Positions 1-8,113 of a stretch of 64,000 nt of DNA are shown one piece after another (position 1 is the first letter of the stretch; each line of letters opens with the position of its first letter). Made by a program: the position numbers and the translations under genes. The notes under the pieces were generated by a model. The model did not search any database and was not told where the DNA came from. It worked only from the letters and a program-made list of their open reading frames with translations. The stretch is from IMG/VR virus record IMGVR_UViG_3300023174_002543, positions 248,001 through 312,000 of that record; one strand, given 5' to 3'.

Positions 1-1318
1 TGAAAAGAATCTTTTCAAAACGCTGACTCATTAACATACTTGGAATTACACCTTGTTCATACTTACGATTAGCCTCTTGTACAGCATTCATGTGCATCCA
101 AACATTATGACTTTGAATCAATGTATAACTCAATGTATCCCAACTTGTTTTAGTTTCTTTACCATGCTGACCTAAGAAACCTTGACCACGATAACACATA
201 TCCTTAAGTACTAGTTTATCAGTTATTGGACTATCTGTAAAGACTTTATGGATACCTTCAGCCACAACTGCATCACTATATTTGCGAGTGTCATTTGCAT
301 ACGACTTTTTCTCCGCAGTCTTTTCCATACTATATGACCACTTCTTGTTGTGTTCAATACTAGTATTAAAATATGCTAAGCCTTTTGCCGCGCCAAAGAA
401 TGGGCTTGCACAATCAAATGTAATTTTGAGATTTGAGTTATGATATTTGCGTATTGCTTTTTGAATATCAGTAAATAATACCGCATACTCCATAATACTT
501 GTACCCAAACAATGAATCAAATCGTGTTTTCCTGGTTGTAGTAAACCATCATGAATTATACCAACCATGCGTTTAAGCATTAACTCAACATCAATCTTAT
601 TCTGTCCACCAAATGCCCAACCGTTAAAGTGATTGTCTGGATAGATATTTGGGTCACAATACTTTTTCATTTCTTCATACCAACTATCACTTTGTGTATG
701 AGTACGACCTTGCAATACGTTTAAGAACTTACAACTACCATTGCGATTCTTAATGAAGTATTCATTATTGATATGTGTTGCTTTAATAGCATCTTCAATA
801 GTTTTAATACCATGCGCTGATGTTTTAGTCTTTGGGTCTTGAATATGATAAGTTGTCAATGACTGTGAAGGAATATCTAAACACATACCGTAGTTCATGT
901 ATGTATCCATCCATGTCAATACTTGTTGACGTTTCTTCATAGCACGGGGACAGTTAGGATCTTTCCAATCAGCGGGCCATTGTGCTTTAAGAATTTGGAA
1001 ACCACCTGAATCACCTAACATAAATGTGTTAGGGTCACGTTTACGAATAATTGATTCGTTATTGTCATCCTTAGTTACATCTAAGTTTGCATGACCTGCA
1101 CTATACAAGCCCCACTTATAATAGTAAAGACCTTTTTGTGCGTTTAAAAAGTTAAGACATTCAACATCACCATTGAACTGTGCAGGGATACGTGCAGCAT
1201 CAAAATAGTTCTCGCCTTCACGTTGTTTACCTAAGCCAGCAATATAAAAACTACTAATAGCAGGCAAGAATGTTGCCCACTCATCATTATGTTTTTGTGA
1301 TAAATTGTCTTGTTCCAT
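1..1318 (-). CDS. dpdA: TGT/DpdA-family (DpdA2-like) 7-deazaguanine transglycosylase, 3' end runs off the window
   Basis: Not in the ORF track; translated by hand from ATG at 1318 (TAATG overlap with the upstream stop): MEQDNLSQKHNDEW...MLGDSGGFQILK...CLDIP...NVLQG...GWAFGG...IHCLG...FDCASP...SHNVW. These are the TGT-barrel motifs in the expected order. Confidence 0.72.
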   Translation of the reverse strand, partial: MEQDNLSQKHNDEWATFLPAISSFYIAGLGKQREGENYFDAARIPAQFNGDVECLNFLNAQKGLYYYKWGLYSAGHANLDVTKDDNNESIIRKRDPNTFMLGDSGGFQILKAQWPADWKDPNCPRAMKKRQQVLTWMDTYMNYGMCLDIPSQSLTTYHIQDPKTKTSAHGIKTIEDAIKATHINNEYFIKNRNGSCKFLNVLQGRTHTQSDSWYEEMKKYCDPNIYPDNHFNGWAFGGQNKIDVELMLKRMVGIIHDGLLQPGKHDLIHCLGTSIMEYAVLFTDIQKAIRKYHNSNLKITFDCASPFFGAAKGLAYFNTSIEHNKKWSYSMEKTAEKKSYANDTRKYSDAVVAEGIHKVFTDSPITDKLVLKDMCYRGQGFLGQHGKETKTSWDTLSYTLIQSHNVWMHMNAVQEANRKYEQGVIPSMLMSQRFEKILF

Positions 1319-1707
1319 TAGCTTCCCATCATTTCTACTGGCTCATTACCTGGACTCTTAATAAGGGTTCTAATCATTTTGATTTGGTATTTTTTCTTTT
1401 CAATATCATTAACTAAGTCTTTGATACTAGGATGTTCTTGGGCTAATGCTTGTAATTCAAGTTCTTCAATACGTTTTTGTCTAGCCCAGTCAAGTAGACT
1501 TTCTGCTTCACCCGTGAGTCCTATGCTTGGCATAGCCATATTAAGCATGACCCAATTACTACCATCAAACACTTCCATATTTTGCGAACTAGTATTGTAT
1601 CGCATGTTACCCACACCTTGCAATCCTGAGTGCCCATTTACATAGGTACTAGCTATAGAATTGGTAACTGTTATATAACGCCCGAATGGTGTAATACTCT
1701 TAATCAT
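1318..1707 (-). CDS. hypothetical phage protein
   Basis: 129-aa ORF, overlap-coupled on both sides; contains a GNMRYNTSSQNMEVFDGSNW fibre-like motif and a C-terminal coiled coil. Confidence 0.7.
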   Translation of the reverse strand: MIKSITPFGRYITVTNSIASTYVNGHSGLQGVGNMRYNTSSQNMEVFDGSNWVMLNMAMPSIGLTGEAESLLDWARQKRIEELELQALAQEHPSIKDLVNDIEKKKYQIKMIRTLIKSPGNEPVEMMGS

Positions 1708-2426
1708 TTTGTGTGTGCTGGCAATAAGTAACTGTAATTAGCAAGACCGCTATCAACTGTAATCTCTAATGCACCTGCACCATTGATACGGAATACTTTG
1801 TCACCGGGAAGATTCAAAATACTGATTACATGCGTAATAGGCCACTTGAGTTTCTTTGACAATGAACCAGTAACACCACTTTGGAATACAAAATTACCAT
1901 TGTGTGTACTTACATCACCGAAGTCAAAATACAAATTACCATTTGCAATACGTGTTGCAAATGTTTCTTCTTCGCTATGCACCTGTGATTGTTTCTTTAG
2001 TCGCAGAATACTTTCTACGCTAGGAACAAATTCAACGTCCCAGTCTTTACCTTTGTATGCAAAAATCTTTACTTGGTCATCTGCAATTTCTTTGCTCATT
2101 AAACGATAGTCGTTTACAAAGTCACCGTTTTTGCTTTCAAAGTGAATACACTCTGGTAACGTTGCAGCATTGCGAACCATTGAGATTTTACTATCTTCAC
2201 CATACTCGTCAAAACTCAAAATAGTTTTTAGTTTAGGTAGATTAGGCATACCGAATGTACCAATGAAGTCTGGGCTAGCGTTTTTGAACGTTCCAGTAAT
2301 CATTACTGTTTGTTTTTCACTACTAGCATTGATTTTAGTTTCTTGTTCAGTGCCAGTTACCTTAATAAGGTCAATAAATCCCAATGCACTTGTGTGTGCA
2401 ATCATGTCTTGCAAATAATCTTTCAT
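1704..2426 (-). CDS. DNA polymerase sliding clamp (gp45-like)
   Basis: 240 aa, beta-rich, directly downstream of the polymerase; ends GALEITVDSGLANYSYLLPA like clamp C-termini; SD AAGGA. Confidence 0.65.
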   Translation of the reverse strand: MKDYLQDMIAHTSALGFIDLIKVTGTEQETKINASSEKQTVMITGTFKNASPDFIGTFGMPNLPKLKTILSFDEYGEDSKISMVRNAATLPECIHFESKNGDFVNDYRLMSKEIADDQVKIFAYKGKDWDVEFVPSVESILRLKKQSQVHSEEETFATRIANGNLYFDFGDVSTHNGNFVFQSGVTGSLSKKLKWPITHVISILNLPGDKVFRINGAGALEITVDSGLANYSYLLPAHTK

Positions 2427-2470
2427 GTGTTTCCTTTAATTTGTTAACTATTTAAATAGTTTGATTGTGT

Positions 2471-2499
2471 ATTATAGATGGCTTTAATGAATAAGTCAA
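2471..2499 (-). promoter_or_regulatory. sigma70-type promoter TTGACT-N17-TATAAT for the clamp/dpdA operon
   Basis: -35 at 2499-2494, -10 at 2476-2471, 17-nt spacer; palindrome AACTATTTAAATAGTT (2446-2461) containing TTTAAATA lies downstream. Confidence 0.75.
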
Positions 2500-2515
2500 C
2501 ATCAGTTTAACCATA

Positions 2516-5224
2516 TTAGGCTAAACTGAATAAATCATCGAAGGTTGTGCTTACATCTGTATTCTCACGGATCTTCCAATCCAATACACCGAGTAAGTTA
2601 TCAATCTTTTCATCCACTAATGTTTGTTCCATTGCGTCATCGTCAAATGGTAAGTCTTTGAACCATTTTGGTAATCGTAGTTCATCAGTTGGATAAGCAA
2701 TACTTGTATAGCCAAGAGGATTACTTCTTAGTTTACATACAACTACTTTCATACCATCGACAATTTTCATACTATACTGGTCACCATTCATGTTACGCAA
2801 ATAGTTATAGTTGATTGCCGCACGAACGTGTCCGGGCATGTTTGTTTTGCCTTCACGCTTTTCTTTTTCGGCATACATCGTCAACTTGTTTACTGATTTA
2901 GGTGAGCCTTTAGTCCAACTTTCTTGCTCTGATAGAACACGTTTAAACTCTTTTACCTTTTCAATGACTTCTTCACGACCATAACCATCTTGAATTACCA
3001 TGCACAATACACTCATTAAGAACTCTTGCACATATTTAGGTGTGTCAGCACGTTTCAAGTCAAGACCCATAGCCTTAACATCACCCTTGTTACCATCCTT
3101 ATCCTTACGTTTACCTTCTTTATCAAAGATATTGATAGCATAGCGTTTCTTTGTAATAAAGATACTACGATCACCGATCAGTTCACGACCAGCCTTAATG
3201 ATTGAACCATTTTTGCGAGGTGTATGAAATGCACGTTCCATGAATGCAGGGAAACTTTCGTTAGTTTCTTCGGCAATACTATCGTATAACTGAATACAAA
3301 CATCTTTGTCCCAGACTAATTCACCATCGTCTATTTGTTTTTTAAGTGATGGGAGTGCAGTAAAATAGCAACTATCAGTATCACCATAAACAATAGCATC
3401 ACCGTCATGTGTATACTTGCCTGTTACAATCTCATTGATTTGGCTCATCATATGACGAACAATTTGACGACCACACAATGTAACACTTTGACCAATACGC
3501 TTGTCATAGAAACGACAATGCTCATTCAACAATGCACCATAAGCAGAATTCAATAAAATTTTACGAACCAATTGTCGCTTATCCCAATATTCACGGTCTT
3601 CATCAGTAGTTGATTCACGCAATTTCTTTTGCATTTCTTTTCTATCACTATACCAACGACTCAATAATCCTGGAACAACACCTTCAGTTTCATATGTAAA
3701 GATTGTACCATTCGCACTAAGCATCCAGGGCTTATGACTGTCAAAGATAAGTTTCCATATCTCTGCCGCACTCATTTCTTCACTACGACCATCTTCATAA
3801 TCAAGGGTAAGAATGGTACCACGTTCTTGGTTCATAATACTAGTATACTCTAATGCACCAAACAAATTTTCCCATAGAATAGCACCACCAACGTCATCAT
3901 CGCCGTCTTTGTATCTTTTCTTTTCTTGTGCTAATCTAAGACCTTTGTCTTTCATATATTGGTTTGTAAGAGTTTGCCTAACTTGTCCGATGATTGTTTC
4001 ACCTGCCATGTTGAGGGCCCTAATAACCGAGGGGTAGAGCGAGTTAATGTCAACTGCTCCGACATATTCGTGCATGCCTGTTTTGGGCGTAGCAACGAAG
4101 GCACCTGCTGCTTGTTGTTCGTCTTCATGTTCACTCCTATGTTTCTTGTCTGGAACCATTAATCCACGATTGTGGGCTTCATTAAAGATAGCCATTTCAA
4201 TCATTGCTACAGAACCCATTACTGTTGGTAACAATACTGTATTCTCATGCGCTAATTGATTAGCCAATTCTAAAAACTTTGTCTTACGATGAATCTTAAC
4301 CAACAACATAGTATCTTGTCTGTTGTATTCAATGAACTTTTTAAAGTCTTTATTATACAATTGGTCAAGAGTGCCTTCATATTGTGTTTTGTTTTCACCA
4401 ACCTCCATTTCACCGATAGCATCTAGTTTGTAACTATGGCGACTTTCATAATTGTATTTCTTATACAATTGCAAATAGTCCATATGAATACGACCTACTA
4501 AGTCATATGTTGTTTCTTCTTTACCAAAACGTTCATACTTTCTTGGCTTGGGTAATTGACCCATTAAACAAAACTTGCGTGTGTCATCTTTACTCATTAC
4601 ACGTGTGACACGATTAACCATATAAGGTATATCATATCCTTCTGAGTTCCAACCAGTCAATACATCAGCATCTTCAATCAATTGAAAGAACACATCAAAC
4701 ATTTCCTTTTCACTATTGAAAAGCATAGTGTTATTGAAACTTCTAACAATCTCCCATGCAGATTCATTACTCATGTGCTTAGGTGGGATAACTAATGTTA
4801 CCAATTGGTCTAGCCAATCTAAGTAACAACTAATTGCTGTTACTGGATTGAATGGGTCATCGGTTGGGCTAAAACCTTTTTCAGGATCAAAGTCAACTTC
4901 AATATCAAAGAAACAAGTATGAAGTTTAGGTGCATCTACCTCTAAATAGTTTTCACTAAGACAACGAAATACAACATTAACATCACTTTCAAAAAGTGGT
5001 TTGCCATGATACATTCGTCTTTCTTTTTCAAACTCAGTGCGCTTTCGTGTACTAAATCTGCTTAATGAATCTCCATAAATACTGCGAAACTTGCCTTTCC
5101 TATCTGGATAATAGAAAACATAATTTGCAGGATACTCGTTGTAATAACGCTTACCGTCATTACCTCGTTCCACTACATAAATTCTATCTTCATCCCTTGC
5201 ATGGATGGCATCTACATAACTCAA
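2516..5224 (-). CDS. gp43: family B DNA polymerase (T4 gp43-like)
   Basis: Exo motifs FDIEV, GWNSEGYDIPY, YNRQD; polymerase motifs DINSLYPS, KILLNSAYG, YGDTDS, KKRYA; no intein visible. Confidence 0.97.
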   Translation of the reverse strand: MSYVDAIHARDEDRIYVVERGNDGKRYYNEYPANYVFYYPDRKGKFRSIYGDSLSRFSTRKRTEFEKERRMYHGKPLFESDVNVVFRCLSENYLEVDAPKLHTCFFDIEVDFDPEKGFSPTDDPFNPVTAISCYLDWLDQLVTLVIPPKHMSNESAWEIVRSFNNTMLFNSEKEMFDVFFQLIEDADVLTGWNSEGYDIPYMVNRVTRVMSKDDTRKFCLMGQLPKPRKYERFGKEETTYDLVGRIHMDYLQLYKKYNYESRHSYKLDAIGEMEVGENKTQYEGTLDQLYNKDFKKFIEYNRQDTMLLVKIHRKTKFLELANQLAHENTVLLPTVMGSVAMIEMAIFNEAHNRGLMVPDKKHRSEHEDEQQAAGAFVATPKTGMHEYVGAVDINSLYPSVIRALNMAGETIIGQVRQTLTNQYMKDKGLRLAQEKKRYKDGDDDVGGAILWENLFGALEYTSIMNQERGTILTLDYEDGRSEEMSAAEIWKLIFDSHKPWMLSANGTIFTYETEGVVPGLLSRWYSDRKEMQKKLRESTTDEDREYWDKRQLVRKILLNSAYGALLNEHCRFYDKRIGQSVTLCGRQIVRHMMSQINEIVTGKYTHDGDAIVYGDTDSCYFTALPSLKKQIDDGELVWDKDVCIQLYDSIAEETNESFPAFMERAFHTPRKNGSIIKAGRELIGDRSIFITKKRYAINIFDKEGKRKDKDGNKGDVKAMGLDLKRADTPKYVQEFLMSVLCMVIQDGYGREEVIEKVKEFKRVLSEQESWTKGSPKSVNKLTMYAEKEKREGKTNMPGHVRAAINYNYLRNMNGDQYSMKIVDGMKVVVCKLRSNPLGYTSIAYPTDELRLPKWFKDLPFDDDAMEQTLVDEKIDNLLGVLDWKIRENTDVSTTFDDLFSLA

Positions 5225-5481
5225 AGTGTCTTGCCTACAGTTTCTAAAATAGTATTGAGTTCTTCGTTATCAGCATTAGTTTGTGTTAAACTTGCTTTAT
5301 GGGCAACACGAATTGCCTTTTTAAGTACACTGGGTTTTACTTCTAGTTCTTCTGCAATTGCCTTTACAGTATCGCTTAGTCCCTCGTTGAGGGTATCAAT
5401 CTCATGTAAGACAGTCATGCCTTCATTAATGAGTTGTGTTAGTTTGATTTTTTGATCGCCACTGAAAATTTTAGCTGCCAT
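5221..5481 (-). CDS. small dsDNA-binding protein (T4 DsbA-like)
   Basis: Likely start ATG 5481 (SD AGGAG); helical 86 aa with IAEELEVKPSVLKKAIRVAHK. Confidence 0.6.
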   Translation of the reverse strand: MAAKIFSGDQKIKLTQLINEGMTVLHEIDTLNEGLSDTVKAIAEELEVKPSVLKKAIRVAHKASLTQTNADNEELNTILETVGKTL

Positions 5482-5502
5482 AAATGCTCCTATAAAGTAG
5501 TT

Positions 5503-5531
5503 ATTATACATTAACTACGTAGAGAAGTCAA
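5503..5531 (-). promoter_or_regulatory. sigma70-type promoter TTGACT-N17-TATAAT for dsbA-like gene and polymerase
   Basis: -35 at 5531-5526, -10 at 5508-5503. Confidence 0.8.
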
Positions 5532-5553
5532 ATTTTTTGTGTAAGGATTTGCC

Positions 5554-6486
5554 CTAACGAATGTTATTGAAGTTTACATTTACTGCATAACCCACATCTG
5601 GATTATACTTGACCAACGCCTGAACTATATTTTCAAAACTTTGCCCAAATCTCTTTACTAATTTATCTAATGCTATAGGTTGATCTTTTTCATTCATAAA
5701 TTGACCTTGATCGTCCGTATTATCAATCACAAAGTCTTCACCGTGAGTATGGTAATACTCATCAAGTTGATCACCCGAAGTTATGGGAATATCATCTATG
5801 AACACACTAAAGTATAACTGATATTTCTCACCCGTATATTGTGGTTGTTTTGGTAATAATATTACTAATGGAAAACTACTATGATAACTATCAAAATAAT
5901 TTGTTCCTGTTGTAGCCGCTGTGCACCAGCGAGTACCTTGACCATAATAACATGCCGCTTGTTTATTTTCAGGTATGATTGCTCTTACAGTATTATCTTG
6001 GTATAACTCTAATGCATTACCCTTTGCCATATTTGGATCAGTTGGGTCAGGATATTCATCTAGTACATCAAAAAAGTCTTCAAATGATCTGTACCCTAAA
6101 ATATCGTTACGTGGACTAGATATCTTTTTACGTAATACAAGGTTATAAAACTTTGTCAAATAGTCGGTTAGTGTACTGCGTAAATCTTCAAATAACGTGC
6201 CATGAATATATTTCCACTCATTAATATAAGTTTTAATTATCCAGGGAGTATATTGATTATTTCTAGTAGGATCAACATTTTCAAATGCTTGTATTACTCT
6301 TGGTAAGTAGGTTTCAGCATTATTTTGAATCTCTTGTTCTATAGCATCACTACCAGTGATAGGTTTACGTATACCCAATTGCAATATCATGGTAGTGTCA
6401 TTAACAATAGCTTGTAATAAGGCAGGACCAAACTTTTGAGTAGTTATAGCTCTGTTGTATTCAATTAAAAATTCGTTTGCTCTCAT
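5554..6486 (-). CDS. putative internal head protein with PcfJ-like region
   Basis: N-terminus MRANEFLIE (capsid-targeting-like); motif ACYYGQGTRWCTAA...NYFDSY...KYQL. Confidence 0.55.
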   Translation of the reverse strand: MRANEFLIEYNRAITTQKFGPALLQAIVNDTTMILQLGIRKPITGSDAIEQEIQNNAETYLPRVIQAFENVDPTRNNQYTPWIIKTYINEWKYIHGTLFEDLRSTLTDYLTKFYNLVLRKKISSPRNDILGYRSFEDFFDVLDEYPDPTDPNMAKGNALELYQDNTVRAIIPENKQAACYYGQGTRWCTAATTGTNYFDSYHSSFPLVILLPKQPQYTGEKYQLYFSVFIDDIPITSGDQLDEYYHTHGEDFVIDNTDDQGQFMNEKDQPIALDKLVKRFGQSFENIVQALVKYNPDVGYAVNVNFNNIR

Positions 6487-6502
6487 TTAATCATCCTTTA
6501 TG

Positions 6503-8002
6503 TTATTGAAACATTTCAGGGTGATCTTTACCGTATACTTTGATGTACTTACCAGCAGCCATATCCGCCAGCATTTCAATTGGGCTACCTGGATAGCTAT
6601 CACCATCTTTAATCATGTTCAATTGCATTTGACGATGATGTGTTAGTTCATGGAATATGGTACGGAAGATATCAATTAAGTTTCTGTTACCAACATATAC
6701 CCAAATATCATTACCTTTATGCACACCGGTATGATGACCTGCTTGTGCTACCTTAGTATTCTTACTAATAGTAATCTTTGGATAAGGTTTTTGCATGTTA
6801 AGTGTCTTGTATGACCACTTAATAAAGTCTTTTATCTTTTGTATATCTTCCGGGCCTTCTACGCCCTCATTCACATTACTTTTTTTTTGGGATAATGGCG
6901 TGATGTTACCTTCTGGTTCTTTAACATCACGTTGTGTTGGTGGAAAAGTTCTTTTACCGTGTTGAACTTTATTCATTGGGCGCTTTAGTGGTAATACATC
7001 ACCTTCCATCACACCTTGCTCATCTTCAGGTTTAGTAGTCAACACAAACTTCTTACCTGCATTAAATGACTTTGCCATCATTGTCCGAGCGGCTTTAGTA
7101 GCAGTTTCTTTGTTACGGTACTGATAGGGTGTGCCCATTTTATCTTTAACAATTTTACCATTAGCACGGATATACCATGTTCTTGTATCAACAGGATCTG
7201 GAACATGATATTCGTCATCTTCTCTATGACGCTTGCCTAAACTCGGGGAATTAGGATCTGCAAAACCATGACGATAACCGCTTTCCGCCACACCTTTAGT
7301 AACAATATAACCTTTGCCTTTACATTGTGGACAATTTGTAGCAACTTTTGTGCTATCTTTCTTTGTCATAGTATGATAACCTTTGCCATTACAATGTTTG
7401 CAATCGTGTGATGTGCTATCTTCCGCCACACCTAGTTTCTTATCTCTCTTTACAGCATCACTGTATGTTTTCAATACACTAGGATTCTTTTTAACAAGTT
7501 TGTTTAACTCTTTGCCACTTTCAATATCTTTTGACTTTTGAACATCTTTGGCGTATTTTTTAGTTAAGTCAGGTCTTGCCTTCAACAAATCTCTTAGCAT
7601 TTTATCATATTCATCTTCTTCTAAACTGCCTTCCGCCACACCTTGTCTTCTACGCATAATTTCATCAGTGATGGCAGCTATAATTTTTAATCCAATTTCA
7701 TCTCTTTTGATAGTTTTAATCATACGCAAAAGATCGGATGTTGAATAATTTCTATAATGAGCATGTCCGCTCTCGGTTACATCTTCTTCACCTAATCTGT
7801 TTTTGATTTTCTTAATCCAAGTATCAGGGGTATGTCCATATTTCTTAACAAACATGTCGTGTAATTTTTTACCCGTGATTTTATGCTTAACAGAAATGTT
7901 TTGCATTAAACGGTCAATAGTGTCGTAGTTGTGGCGCTTAAGTTTAGGTAATCTATTCTTAAGTTCGTCTACGGCGGATTCTTCTAATTCGTGTGCTCTC
8001 AT
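6503..8002 (-). CDS. modular putative head polyprotein (GVAE-delimited modules, CxxCxGxG Zn finger, C-terminal HExxH zincin-like domain)
   Basis: MRAHELEE leader; junctions GVAEG, GVAED, GVAES, GVMEG, NVNEG; CKHCNGKG...CPQCKGKG; RTIFHELTHHRQ...SPIEMLAD. Confidence 0.7.
   Translation of the reverse strand: MRAHELEESAVDELKNRLPKLKRHNYDTIDRLMQNISVKHKITGKKLHDMFVKKYGHTPDTWIKKIKNRLGEEDVTESGHAHYRNYSTSDLLRMIKTIKRDEIGLKIIAAITDEIMRRRQGVAEGSLEEDEYDKMLRDLLKARPDLTKKYAKDVQKSKDIESGKELNKLVKKNPSVLKTYSDAVKRDKKLGVAEDSTSHDCKHCNGKGYHTMTKKDSTKVATNCPQCKGKGYIVTKGVAESGYRHGFADPNSPSLGKRHREDDEYHVPDPVDTRTWYIRANGKIVKDKMGTPYQYRNKETATKAARTMMAKSFNAGKKFVLTTKPEDEQGVMEGDVLPLKRPMNKVQHGKRTFPPTQRDVKEPEGNITPLSQKKSNVNEGVEGPEDIQKIKDFIKWSYKTLNMQKPYPKITISKNTKVAQAGHHTGVHKGNDIWVYVGNRNLIDIFRTIFHELTHHRQMQLNMIKDGDSYPGSPIEMLADMAAGKYIKVYGKDHPEMFQ
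7002..7645 (-). repeat. in-frame direct repeats AGGTGTGGCGGAA (3 exact + 1 variant)
   Basis: Plus-strand ttccgccacacct at 7283-7295, 7421-7433 and 7631-7643; variant ccttccatcacaccttg at 7002-7018; spacings 210, 138 and 279 nt. Confidence 0.92.
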
Positions 8003-8007
8003 ACTTA

Positions 8008-8015
8008 TATTTATC
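8008..8015 (-). promoter_or_regulatory. T4-like late promoter GATAAATA, 5 nt before ATG
   Basis: GATAAATA-TAAGT-ATG(8002); the same motif recurs upstream of many structural genes in the window. Confidence 0.75.
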
Positions 8016-8028
8016 TCAAAATAAGAAA

Positions 8029-8113
8029 GTGCTCACTTTTGAGGTCCAGTAGCGAATTGGATGACTCAAGCCAGCAGCCGGCTACACATAACCCAAAGGG
8101 TCCTAAGGTGTGT
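8029..8113 (-). ncRNA. candidate structured RNA/DNA element (three hairpins, possible pseudoknot)
   Basis: GC-enriched intergenic: ACACA[CCTTAGG]ACCC-TTT-GGGT[TA]TGTGT, AGCCGG-CTG-CTGGCT, TGAG..TCCA-ATTCGCTAC-TGGA.CTCA, then AAGTGAGC that can pair with loop TTCGCT. Confidence 0.5.

Noticed and set aside
2516-5224. Intein or intron in the DNA polymerase
   Set aside because: 902 aa with contiguous motifs; no insertion evident.
7002-7645. GVAE repeats as a CRISPR array
   Set aside because: The repeat is only about 13-17 bp, spacings are 138-279 nt and in frame within a coding gene, and there are no cas genes.
8029-8113. tRNA
   Set aside because: No cloverleaf with an acceptor stem, no TTC-containing T-arm in the right position and no CCA end.
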